Source: Balanoglossus misakiensis (lineage: Eukaryota > Animalia > Hemichordata). Taken from it: a stretch of 64,000 bases of DNA. The stretch spans positions 3,818,760 through 3,882,759 of the forward strand of contig CM082576.2 of the NCBI GenBank assembly GCA_040954595.2, in the 5' to 3' direction. Shown in pieces: positions 1-12,719 of this stretch. The translations under genes were made by a program, and so were the position numbers. The notes below the pieces were generated by a model, which saw nothing but the letters and a program-made list of their open reading frames with translations, did not search any database and was not told where the DNA came from. Each line of letters begins with the position of its first letter. The first letter of the stretch is position 1.

Positions 1-2319
1 TCCCACTTAAGTGCACGTACGCTCTACCGACTTTACCTCAAGGTAATAATTTGTGCTCGACGTTAATCCCGGTATTTTTTTCACTGGTTAACCTTAACCC
101 TATCCCAAATTCTCTGCTTCACCGCAACTCGTGAAAGAATAAAAAAAAACTTCCTATGGTTTTCACGGCTTCCAGTTTGGGCCGCATAGACATTTTTGTT
201 TGCAAATATTTTGAATTACGAAACCTGACTGAACTATTTCGTTTCTTGAATTTCAAATGTGAGAAAAGTAAGGTCCATCGTGCTTTTCATCCAATCGTAT
301 GTAGTTTCGGTCGAGGGTCTATGTTCCAATACTAGGAGAGGATTGTGTACTTCTGTACTTGGGATGCGTCTTGGTATTCATTTTGTGCATATAAGATATA
401 CTCTTGTTGCTGTCGACAGGTGAATTTTAGCCTGGGTGTAAACACGTGGTTGCGATGCCATACGTTACTCAAATACGGTGAAATTCAGCATTTTCAGCGA
501 CGACTAAATCTACAATATTCAACTTCTGCGCACAACAACGATATTGGAGGGTTGCGCATAACGATTCAAGTGCGGCAAAGTTATGATGAAAACAAACTGT
601 CCTTATAAGGACGCTCACTCACTTCTCTGTCTGTCGGCTGCGAAGAGATTTTCCTGAAGATTATGCTTGCTCCTTTTTATGGAAATTTGCCAAAAAGTCG
701 ACTTCAGGACACCAGCAGTTTGGTTTGTCGGCACAGCCTGTTTGTTTGTAGCCACAATTATCGTTGTTGTTGCTGTTGTTAAGAACAATTGAAAAGTAAA
801 ACAAAACCTTTAATCAAAATTTATTCTGTATTGGCTTCCGACTGAAACGTACTTTACTCGGAAGTTCGTTCGGTATGCTAATAAATATCTGGACCAAACC
901 ACACTTGCAAGAGATAAACAAAAGTTGGTATCCATGTCAAGTCCAGTACCGGTATTTGTCTTGTCAATGTCTGCATTTCCTGTGAGAACGGAGGTGTAAG
1001 TCTTACCGGTAGAATGGTGCCAGAGATATCGGCATGCAAAATATGCTGACCTGGTTATTTCGAAATCATTTTCATTCTTAATTATTAAATGTCAAGATCG
1101 CTCAGTACTCAAGAACTCAGTTGTTATAATAATAGTTTCTTGTTTGACTAGGCCTACCCAAAATATTTATAATGTCAACAAAGCCTGCATATGTCGAACA
1201 ATCCTGTTGTTGTTGACAAAATGAATATAAGTCCGGACCAACCAAGGTATTGACTATCACACGCGAGGTGCGTTGACAAGCTGAATATCTGACATTTCAG
1301 TATGCTTCGGGAGACGAACAAGAAACCGCAATCGATACACAGACCAAAAATACTGAACATGTAAAAATAGCCAAAAGTTGCAGCCGGTGTAGCTTTTTGT
1401 CACAGTGGAATATTGCCGGCATTTTCCCCTTTAAATTTATCCATGATCATTGGTGATACCGTTTATAGAATAAGTCTTTGTAGACTCGTTCGGAATAACT
1501 AGGAAATCCGATCAGGGGGAGAGTTTTCTTTAACTTTGTCCGTGATATAAATTTCCAACAAATATGATGAGAATGCCTCCCAAGACGGTTTGTCCTATGT
1601 TTACAAGAGGGATGATCCATATATTTGCAAATATTGCTGTGTGGTCGCAGGTCATTCAATAATTCATAAATGTAATCCGTAGTTGACGAACAGGCCTATA
1701 TTTTTCAAGTGACTGTGTTTATGAACGTTGGTCGTGAATAGTGTCACCTCTTGACGGATTGTGGTCGGTCATGCCCGGTTAAATATTATTAGTGATCGCA
1801 TGACAATGGTTATTACTTCTATCACATTACTGCAAAGTAATTTTCACTAGAAAAAATGGGAAACCTTGACTACCGAACTCGTCTAGTTGGAGAAAAATAA
1901 AAGATAAAAATCCACCAATGAGTAAATGAAGTGGCGGTATAAACAGCACTATACCAGAGATTTTAGCTTTTAGCAGGGACGTCTATGGCAGTGAAACACC
2001 TTGTTTGAGAATGGGTTACTGCCGTGGGCTACACTTTATTTCCAGCGCGATGTGTGCACCGCATCCGCGCAGATGCCGCGCGGCTTGTTCCGTTCATCCC
2101 CGCTCTCTAATAACAACACACCGATGGTTTTCTATGTGTCTGTCGGGGAGTAAAACACGCACGTTTCTTTCCGTCCGACACCAGAAAGTTCTGAGTGGAT
2201 GATATGAAGAAAGAACCGCGAACATGTTCTTGGGTTAAAGTTGACCGTGACCATGAAAAGCTTTAAATTGTAGAACAGACAGACATAGCACTCGCATGAA
2301 ACGCACGTACACACCCGTT

Positions 2320-5241
2320 TGGCGGCAAATCAAATAATTATTTATTTAGAATAGAATGTTTTGTTTCGTCTTGTCATTTACAAATTCATGCACTTTACAA
2401 AGATAAAACGAAAAAATCCCTTTTTTTCTCCTCTAAAATCGGTGGACACATACAGTATTCACTACTAAAATTGAGTGAAAACGCATCACTTTGATGTAAA
2501 AATAGTTATGTTCCTTTTGAGCGGCATTGCACCCTGGTTGACAGAGTCAAAGCCTGGATTTTTAGCCCAGGATTCAGCACAGAAAAAAAGATGAAAGTTT
2601 CTACATGGTAGTTACCAAGCAACAGCCGCGACTTTCATGGGAAGAAAAACAAAAAGAGAAACAAAAAGTTGGAAACAATAAAAATTACAATACAAATAAT
2701 TAATGTGAATATAATATTTCCAATTCTCCTTTTGAAGAAGGGATTATAAATCTTTTTGTTTCATAAAATCACAGTATTTTTCAAGAACCAGTTTCAAGTA
2801 AAGATCGGTTGATTTTTTTTTTACTGCAAGAGCTGTGAGCGTTAAGATGATCTATAGACACACACACACTATGCCGGCAGCCTCTTTCAGAAGTATATAC
2901 AGTTTACAAATACTGAGACAAGAAAAAAGATTCAAAGTGGTGCCCATGTTGTTCTCAAAAAAATACAGAAAACTGGGTACCCATAAAGAAAGACTACAGA
3001 ACCATCAAGCGGTTTTTGAGTTTCACTACTAAGCAAAGACCAAAAATCAGACCTGCTTTTTTTTCCTGGAGAGGTAATAGACTGAGTAAACTGTAACGGT
3101 TTCCGTCGCAACTGAGTAAAAATAGATACGTCTAAAAACTGGACAGCTATGCAAATTTATACAGCACTGATAATTTAAGTACAATTTCAGTTACAATCTT
3201 CTTTTGAAAACAAAGAAGTGAAAAATCTCTTATGATTAGAGTTTTTGTGGAAAAAGAGAACGTGAGGTTGAAGGCCGGGGCCAACATGAATAGAAAGCAA
3301 CCAGCTGTTGTCAAAAGGATGGGCGCATTAGGAAGCTGGGGGGGTTCCCCGTTTTACTCTGATTACGTCACCTGCAAATTTTGCAATCAAAGGGTAAGAA
3401 TGGAGCTTGATTAGTAAATAAAACTAAAAAAGGCTTCAAAGATTTTGGCAGTTTCTTTTATACATATTAATAATTAGTACACAAGATTGCACTCTTTTGA
3501 CCCAATATATAAAACGAATTTATCATCTAATATGTCAGTAAATAGGAAAAAGAGGAACTCTGGCCGCCTGCCAAAATATATTAATATTTTTTATTTTCTG
3601 AGTGACAAAGAAAGACATTTTGTTGCAGCACACTGGTTGTCGCTGGACACACAGTGACACCTGGGGGATACATGGAGTTGCAATGACAACAGACTGGTTG
3701 CTTTCACATAAAAAAAAACAATCTACAGAGAAAAGCGAAATCAGATTTACAGTCTTCAGGTTTTTGTTTGAAGATAAATCAGTTCTGCTTGTGTGCCTTT
3801 GAGCCTGCTGTGCAATTATAAAATATACTCTGTATTGCTGATGAAAGACACTGCGAAGTTTCATCGGGTTCCTCTTTCCAGCGCGTGGCAAGTGGAGATA
3901 TCGAGTGCAAACACACAGACACCAACTGGACTGGGGGTGAAAGGTCAAGTGTGACTCTCTCCTTGACGACAAATTGCGGACTTGGATCTTAGCCGGGCGA
4001 GTGGGTTAGATCGAGCTCTTGAGGAGAGACAGATCCAAAAGCAGGAAAAAATCCAACGTTTGTTTTTTTTAAAATCACAACAGACAAAAACTTTCATTAC
4101 ACTGTAAAAATCTAGTACACTAGACCAACTACACGCATAAATCTTTACAAGATATCTATCATCAGATCCTCTCCATCCATTTCACACATTCTCTCTCTCT
4201 TGCTAAACTAGGGAATCGTGTTTTTTTTCAAAAATGACCCTGCCTTTAAGTTTTGGCTCCTGCATGTCTGTTGAATATGCCATGCAGTTTTTGTGAAAAT
4301 TGACAAGTTGGTGTGGAAAGGAACAAATAAGCCACAAGCAAGTCCTACCGGGAAAACAAAACAAGTTTCTTGGAAGAAAGTTCACCGTCAGAAAACAGAT
4401 ACACAGATTCGGTAGAGCACAAATGGGATACAGACACACAGAGAGTGCCCAGCCATGCTCTTGGAATTCCTTTGCCTTTTAAACTTGTAAAAAAAAATCC
4501 AAGAGCAGGCAACGTCTTCTGTGAAATGGATTCAACCGACAGACACACGAGAATCGCTATTGCCGACACCAAGCACAACCAAAAGATAAACCCTGCCCCC
4601 CTCCAAAGAAGAAAATAGTTTCTCTCTCAAGAAATGACAGCCTGTACACATACACAGTTTCATATTTCAACCAAAGTGATCGTTAGGTGGGATTCCATTT
4701 TTTTTTTTACAAATACAAATTACAGAGCATCCTGGATACTGGCACTAGATCACAAAAAAATCTACGAATTTGTTTTTGTCATCTTTGGATAAATTAGTTT
4801 GACAGGGGTTCCAACACTATTTGAAAGGCTTGCAGCCTCTGTGACAAGACTACAAGTGAAGTACATTGGTTTTTGTATATCAGTTCCGGGTTTTACACAC
4901 AACCCGTCATTTCTCTGTATGCTTGAAGCTAACTACAGTTTACAGCACGTAGAACCTGTACATGTTGATTTCAATGTTAAAACATCACCCAGCAGTATTG
5001 TCGCTGCCCACTTCTCCTAATTAACAAGCGTATCTCACACTTTCTCCTTTCTTTGTATTTTGGCAGCTTGTAATTTTTTTAATATTTAATAATCTTTTTA
5101 TATATATATAATATATATCTGATGCTGAGGATTATTATCTATTACCCTGATTCAATGTAGCTTTGAATGTAAGACAAAAAAAAAATTAAAATTTAATGAG
5201 AACACAGTCTGGGTGTTATTGAATTAATTAAGTCTCTTTGG
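2320..5241 (-). other. Probable long Meis 3'UTR (~2.9 kb)
   Basis: U-rich on the minus strand from the stop codon to an AATAAA at 2346-2341. Composition becomes CpG-richer below ~2320. The end point is inferred. Confidence 0.55.
2341..2346 (-). terminator. Candidate Meis polyadenylation signal AATAAA
   Basis: Plus-strand tttatt. A GT-rich tract (gggtgtgtacgtgcgttt) follows about 25-45 nt downstream on the minus strand. Confidence 0.5.
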
Positions 5242-5564
5242 CTAATTGTGGATATCCATGACAGGATTGTGCGAGTTCATATCAGTTGGATTCATAAGTG
5301 ACGGTGGACTTTGTGCTGGCTGTAGACTGGTCATTCCTGACATTCCGTGGGGGTGGTGGGTGGGTGTCGGGTGGGCCATCATCATGGCGTGGGGGTGGCC
5401 CGGAATCAGCATGGCCTGTGAGTGGACTTGCGGATGGAGTTGGTGGTGGGACATCTGGGAATGGGAGTACGTCGATCCCCCTCCGCCGCCAGACGTCAGT
5501 GACATTGACATTGACATTGGCATCGACTGCGACATCATATCCGTGCCCGGCATGCCTTGCGTAC
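5242..5564 (-). CDS. Meis: Meis terminal coding exon (GTQGMPG...His/Pro/Met-rich...VMDIHN*)
   Basis: ttccag acceptor (alternative cag 6 nt upstream, in frame). Contains ORF 5242..5553. The xMPG start, PGHPH and xxDIH end match the long MEIS C-terminus. TAG at 5244-5242. Confidence 0.9.
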
Positions 5565-7333
5565 CTGGAACTGTGTAGCCGTGGGGATGCGGAGGGGCCG
5601 CGGGTAGAAAAAAAAGAGAAAAGGAACAAGAACACAGAAAGAAACAGCATTCACAATCAGATAATTCTTTGCAAGAACAAAAAAAATTGATCGAGATTTG
5701 AATGTGAACATTGGGGAGAAGGAGGAAAACCTAGCACAGCTAAAATCAAGACAGATAATTTATCATGAGCTGGTTACCATGACGACAAGAATGCATCCTG
5801 ACAGCAGGAATATTAAGAGCAATGATTGACAGGTGATGAGGACGAGCTAATGTCAGCAGTTCAACAAAGCAAATAATAAGTCATGTATCATTACGACAGA
5901 CTAATCCATTGCTTTTACTACCCTATGCTTTTATAGTCGTCCACCTCCGTCTAGTAATATGAGGCTGGCTGCACCGCTTAAACTCTCTCTGGTGTTGTTT
6001 CTGGTTATTGACTGACGGCAGTCATGGGGCACGCATCAGGACCAACCGCTAGCAATCGGAAACTGAAACACTCATCTGCCTGACGATCAGGAGGAAGACA
6101 CAGCCTTTGCCTCCATCGCTGCCATTTGTCAATTGCCTCTATTAATAACTTTAGCATCACTTAGGCTTCACAATTGTCTGATTTTCAGCATGTAGACCAC
6201 TGGCTTTGATCTATTCTTGCCCGGGGCCAGATGCATTACACTCTGACAGAAATCCTGGGCCGTAAGAGCTGCAATCTAATTTGCTACTGTAATTTCCATT
6301 TCTTTAATGGTTGGTCGAACTGTAAAAAAAGTCTTGCTGTACAGTCACCCTTGAACTAGGGGAGGTCGCTCGCGTCACCCAAGGTTCAGCGCGAGACCGG
6401 CAATTGAGATTGGCAGAAGTCATTTCCCAGGAAAGTGTAGGGTGCAATGAATTCTCTCTGCTTAATCCATTTCTGTGCAATAATCATTATTGAAGTAAAA
6501 ACCCCTCAAGAGCTGTGTCCTTTTTTTTCCAGAGTCATAATACAGTGTTATGACTGCGGGGCATTCTAAACCTTTAAGGTACTTGTGTATCGGGTTGGGC
6601 CTTCTATGAAACAACGCTAAAAGCAGGTATGATTTGAAAACTGCATTAAAAAGGACAATCTGAATGTTACAATGACCCTCAAAATGGAAATCATGGTTTT
6701 TCTCCCCTGTAAGGACAAAGTGCATACCAGAAGGCTACCCTAACCTAAATTAAGTACATCACATCGCAATGCAGGCGTTACTTGGCAAGTAACATCTATC
6801 TGATCATTCATGACGTTTGCGCCAATCTCCTTTGGATTTTTCCCTGTCTAGGTGGACATGTGCACCATTTTGCAGTGCATGATGGTGCAAATGTCACACC
6901 TCATCTGTCGGATGGGAACACCATATTTTCTCTTATGTTTTGTTTTGTTTTCAACATCTTTTTGCTCTGTCCTTTCAACACACATATTACTCACCAAAAT
7001 CAACCGGCACCACCAGAGGCTTTAGTGAACAGAAAGATTAAATGTATGAATGTTACCGGATAAAGCCCATTACAATAAGCAATTATGACTTTTCTATTTG
7101 GCTTCTTGGTTTTATTTTTTTAAACATGTCTACATAAACCCAATTTTTAAATACATTATACAACTACATGGCAGCAGGGTGAGGCAATATGTTAGCGCTG
7201 AATAGGGCTTACAATTATCATGATTATTTGAAAACCCAGAGAGCATGGGAATATACTGATGCATGGGATATATATATAACAGAGTGAGAAGTCTTAGGAA
7301 CCTTTTAATAAAGTTGATTGTCACAAGCATTAC

Positions 7334-7432
7334 CAGGTGGCCGTAAATGCATAGGTGGTTGCTGGGGCTCCATCATGTAACCACCCAGACCTTGGTTATC
7401 TGGACTGTATGCCGGCGCGCCTGCTGCACCCA
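7334..7432 (-). CDS. Meis: Meis exon 11 (VGAAGAPAYSPDNQGLGGYMMEPQQPPMHLRPP)
   Basis: Long pyrimidine tract plus ctgtag acceptor, G|GTAATG donor, 99 nt, phase 1-1. Resembles MEIS2 AAYSPEGQPMG...HMGIRPAG. Confidence 0.9.
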
Positions 7433-9545
7433 CTACAGAGGGGGAAAAAAGCAGAAAAAAAGAGAAAAAAAGGAGACAAAAATTACATAAAAAAGAAAAA
7501 AGAAAACGGTCATTGTGTTTAGGGATTAGTCAAGTGAACAGACAATTGGCCAATCGGAAGAAGAAACTTGTTTCTCATCATTTTACTGTCAAATCTGACA
7601 GTGTGGTTCACTCAATGAAAACACAAAACATCCGGAATGTAGTATGTTTTCATATTACGATAAGATATCTGAACCAAGCCAGGTGGGACCAGTCGATATG
7701 ACAGGGGATGTGAAATATCCCTTGTGAGAAACAAATGACTTCATGTTTTTGGCCATACATGCAGAGATATCACATACATCTATTTAGACACACATACACA
7801 TACACAAACTTTCACCTGTTCATGCACACTTATTAAGTGCAGTTTAATACAATGAGAAAACCAGCAATTCATTACAAGGCAGAAACACACAGTATACCAT
7901 TAAAGACAAACCCTTGGGCTACAATATACAGCGTAACCCAGACAGTCAAGGAATACTGCCGAGTTAATATAACATTGCAGCTTATTGACACTCATGGTTA
8001 GTAATTACTGGGGGAGCCCAATATCCTGTCCGTATTGCTAGCTATTTTCAAAGCCTAGGTCACTCTTTCAGATCGGCTCAATGCTGATTTATTTTCACGC
8101 TCCTAGCTATGATATGGAGCTCATGGTAATTTCATTTCTTCGATTAACTCTCTCGGCCGACTTGTTATTTTCATGGATATGCTCGCATTCATAACAGGAA
8201 GTAATTTTATGGCTAGCATGCCAGGCCAATGAGAGAAAAAAAAAGTGAAATTTTTCAATTTTGCAGATAGCCTACAATTTACGAGTTTTAACGCTTCAGC
8301 AGCGCCCTCTTGTATATGCAACCATCTGACCTAAAGCCAAACGGGGAGAAAACAGAGAAACCTCATTTGCATGAAAAAATCATTAATCTTCATGTGACAG
8401 TCGATGTTGTTGTGAGCTGTGATGTGGAAAGCTCCAAATAGTCTAAACTCTAACGGGTAGGTTGGCTGGAAATACAACACCGCGCCATGTCAGCCGTTCA
8501 ATTTGCTCTTCTGAGTGAGAAACTTGCCAAATGCTCTGTCCGCGAAAAAAAAAATGAGATGGAATATAAAATAACCTTGATTATTATTCTGAGCGAGTGT
8601 AGGCACGAAATGTATGGTGATAATACCCTATTGGTCTGACTGGAACCTAACTAAATAGATGTTATTATACCCTAATAAATTGCAGTGGTCTTTAATTCAC
8701 ATACATCTAGAAGGTATTCCAAGTTAAGGTGTCACAAGGGAGGTCAAAAGCCACTCGGTTCCCCAGTTGATTCCCTTTGCAAATGATATAGGCTATGTTT
8801 GTTCTGAGGGCATTTGTTGCTCTGCGGGGTCACTTTCATCTTGACTAAATTAAAGAAAATGTATCTTATCATTGATGTTTCTCTGTTAAATTGTTAATGT
8901 CCTTGTTAATAATGCCGGATCTGGTATTGAATATTTCATATACACGTCCTTTGTTTGCAGGTATGTCTTTAATCGTACATGTGCAAATGCATTTCCACTC
9001 GAATTCTGTTGGTGCTCCCCACAGTAATTCTCTATTCTCATACAGAACACAAAATCCATCACGACAAAGCACTAACGGGTCTAAGGCAGCAATTTTTTTT
9101 TTTTTTATTTTATGAAAGCGTACTTGTCTCAGTGGGTTTATTTAACCTTAGCCCTCAAACATAATGCCTAAACACAAAGACACACAGAACCAAACACATC
9201 ATCATATCAGCAGTGAGACACAGTTAGTCACGATTAGAAAATTATGCACAAATATACAGCCCAAGGAGTCAGCGCCAGGCTCATCAGAATCCCACAGCCT
9301 GGTACCATGATGTCAAAAATTCACCCAAAAATAAATTGTCAAAAATGCGAGCTAAAAAAATAAATCAAGTCATTTTGCGTAGTGAAAGACGAAAGGCAAA
9401 GGAGATCGAAATTCTCATTCCACTAAAAAAGGAAATCGTGAAATATGGATGGTAAAAAATGATGCCTAAACTTCTAATGTCCCCCCCTAGAAATCTGGGG
9501 GTAGCACTACTATGATTGGAGCGAAGAATCAACAGTCCAACGTAC

Positions 9546-9685
9546 CAGGTGAGGGACCCCCAGGTGACTGACTAGATGATGACTTACGCCTCCTTGACTT
9601 GAAAACAGTTACTACAGGAGACTTGCCTGCACGATTTGACTGGTCGATCATAGGCTGAACTATACGCCTCCGTGCATTGATAAAC
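9546..9685 (-). CDS. Meis: Meis exon 10 (FINARRRIVQPMIDQSNRA, optional extension GKSPVVTVFKSRRRKSSSSQSPGGPSP)
   Basis: tttgcag acceptor; WFINARRR recognition helix. The short form ends at 9627 (G|GCAAGT), the middle form at 9588 (C|GTAAGT) and the long form at 9546 (G|GTACGT). All are phase 1. Confidence 0.93.
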
Positions 9686-12600
9686 CTGCAAAGAAGCGAA
9701 TTTCTACAAATCAGCCAACATTATGATATGATAATGCAAATGGAATTTTTAACGAAAAATTTAAGATGCAATTCTGTAAACAAGATGCTGAACTTGGTCA
9801 AGAATTAATACTGGTGGGCAACCTGAAAACTCTATTCGGAAAAGAATGCATAAAGCATTCAGGTCGTAAAAAAGGCAAACTTTAGTATGCACACACATTA
9901 CAACACAGATTCATATTTTTATATGCAGCCCTAGTGACTGCAGTGGAAAAGTAAAAACCAGTGAGATAAAAAAAATACTGTAAATCATTGTTGACAATAA
10001 AAAACATACTAAAACAATAAAAAGCCAATATTTGATATTTATTCTTGAAAAGCAGAACAATCAAGTTAGTTTCCTAAGACTTGATGTGATGGCATACTTG
10101 GCAACATTAAAGTAATCATAATCATTGATATTATCACATAATGTGGTTTGAAAGATAACAAGATCCCCAATTTCTGGAATTCTTAACATTCCCAATGTCA
10201 ATAATGGCATTATTGCAGAAATATACTATTTTTAATACAGGGATGTGATTATTGAAGCTTTTATTGACTGTTTTCTATTTTTCGTTTTTTACTCCACAAT
10301 TGTTTTGACCTGCTGTTGTTTTTATTTTAGTTTTACCTTTTTTGCAGGGGTTTGTGACGGTCATTGAGTCATACAGCACAGGTTGGGGCCACATCTGTGA
10401 AATGTTCAACAGCAGAAGACCCGCTTTGACCTGACCAGCTAAGGTAATTTATTACACACACAGCAAATATTGCATAATTTAATTATGACATCTCACCAGG
10501 CTGATCAGAATGTAAATAAAATATCACTGTTTGTTCAGTATTTCATTCCTCAGGTGAAAGGCATTATTATTTAAAAGCATTTTGGCAACTTGCCAATGTG
10601 GTTTTTTCTTTCTTTTACACCTAGCAAGGCTTAGCGTCTTGAACTCAGACAAAATGACTGACAGCGGATGGCGCAAACAAAGGAAAAGTTTTTAAAACTT
10701 TGCTGTGAACAAATACAGCGATTCCTGCGGGGTTTTGTATTATGGCACCTTCTGCCTAGATCTGTTTTATTATTAATAATATGTGGTATTTCTCTTTGTG
10801 GTGTTGTCCTTTGTCCAGGTAATATCCCTCCATGTGTGTTTCACGGTTTTCTGGCAGCACACATGTGCCGTATGTTAATAGCGCGGAGACGGACAAGCTG
10901 ACGATAGCTGGATGACCTCTAGCCATAGAAGGTTGTGAATGTACACAAACTGAATCCAAAAAATGTGCCCCTGGCCTCCCCGTAGCAGCATGCAGTGCTT
11001 GCCATCAGTGCATGCATCGGGTCTCAAGTGTAATATACGTATACGCATGCACGCGATTGTGTGCTGCGTGCACCCACGTGTCCATTTTTTCCCTCCATGA
11101 GTGGGAGGGGTGGGTGTTTTTGAAGCGGCTGACTTTGTAGAAAGTTGCAATTTCATCCCGCCGGGGGAAAAATGAGATCAAAAGTGGAGGCAGCCTGGCT
11201 CCATCAAAAGCCCAGTGTTTTTCTTAATCTGCGTACAGTGTTTGGCCAATTTATGATTAATGGGGTAAGCATGCTTTTTTTGGCGCCACGGTATCCCGAG
11301 CTTTGCCGCTAATCCCATACGACTCCCAGTGGCACACCCCTTGTGTTTCATAGACGGAGAAAGAGGGGGGGGGGAGGAGGAGACAGAGGCCAGGCTGGCA
11401 TCTCAAAGCCACTAAAAGACACAGAGGCAAGGCCAAATGGAAACAAACTGTTGTGCTTTGAACTACTTTGCCGTCTTATACAAAGATTTTGACTTCCAGG
11501 CAGCAGACTTCCAGCCCCATTCTACTTGTATATGCTTGAATAAACCATAAAGGATTTGGCACAAAGTCGTCTAAACCCCCACACAGCACAAAGACTGAAT
11601 TTCACAAACTATTCCCCTAAGGCTATGTCTCTGAACATAATCAAGCAAATTGGCGCTTTGTCATTCGGCCCTATTCCCGGCTAGAATTTCATCCAACATG
11701 CCAATAACAGGTGGAAACAGAGAACTCTATCAACTGCGGGATAATACAACCACTCTTGAGATTGCCAAAAACGCTCTCAAAACCTTCAAGTGGATGAATA
11801 TAATGCTCGGAAAAAACCCTTGTAAACCAAAAAGTAGTCTGTTTTTTGTGTGTGTGTGCGCGCGGGGGCTCTTCCCGATATAAAGCTGACGATACAGTTA
11901 CTTCATCAAAAATAAACAGCAAATAAAGCTCCCAGTCAACTGCCCCCCAAATCATTCTGAAAAGTTAAACGGCAGAAAACGCTGTGCCTCCAGACTGTCG
12001 CTAACATTCAGCGTTGATGAGGCGGACACAAGCCAAAATGACAGACAAATTATGAAATGGAAAATGAGCCGTTTGTATGGAAGACAATAATCGGAGCTCG
12101 GGTGTACAGCCCAAATGCATAGAACAATGATAGTAGCAATCAGTCTGGGTCCAACATGGCGGATAAGTGCCTGCCCGGTCGAATTTTGCACTTTTTCGGG
12201 GGGCCATGGCTGAAAGCCAGCATTTTCTGCTTCTCTTACTGCATTGTTTGTGTAGGCTCTAAAATGGTTCATTTGACTCATGTATGCACTGCCAGTGTAG
12301 ATTTATGGTCTGCTTCTACATAATCAGGACTAATAGAAAAATGGAGGATGGCTTTAGCTAAGGGAATTAGAGCTAATCTCCAATGATGGCATTAAATCAG
12401 AGTACAGTATGCGGGTGAGGGTCAGTGCAAATCCCAGAGTGAGACCAATGCTTTTTATGCAATACTGGTTAGTTTCCTAGGATGTTTTTGGCGGAGGCTG
12501 CAGTGGCCATGGGAGAATTGCCATTAATATACTATTTCGAGCTGGAAAATAGGCAAGTAAACTTCATCAGCCGAGCAATTTAACTAGCATAAGTAATGGG

Positions 12601-12687
12601 GAGAGTGCACTTACTCTCACTTAGGCCTCTACCACAATCGTATATTATGTGCAGCTTGGCTGTAGACTTTTTGCCTGTACTGTGCGT

Positions 12688-12719
12688 ACACACATACACA
12701 CACACTCTCTCTCTCTCTC
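12688..12719. repeat. (CA)n(CT)n compound microsatellite
   Basis: Directly visible. Confidence 0.9.

Noticed and set aside
86-108. Telomere-like TAACCTTAACCCTATCCC
   Set aside because: Only three degenerate units; too short to call.
590-1010. CArG palindrome CCTTATAAGG (601-610), CGGAAGT and donor-like motifs near 1000, suggesting a neighbouring gene start
   Set aside because: No coherent exon or recognisable protein could be built.
5246-5690. Overlapping ORFs 5246..5578(+), 5298..5690(+) and 5282..5650(-)
   Set aside because: Shadow frames of the GC-rich, low-complexity terminal Meis exon.
5565-7333. Search for a vertebrate-type short alternative exon ending in ..GQWHYM*
   Set aside because: No such peptide found by eye. 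Only a weak acceptor near 6473 giving EMD*, which is unsupported.
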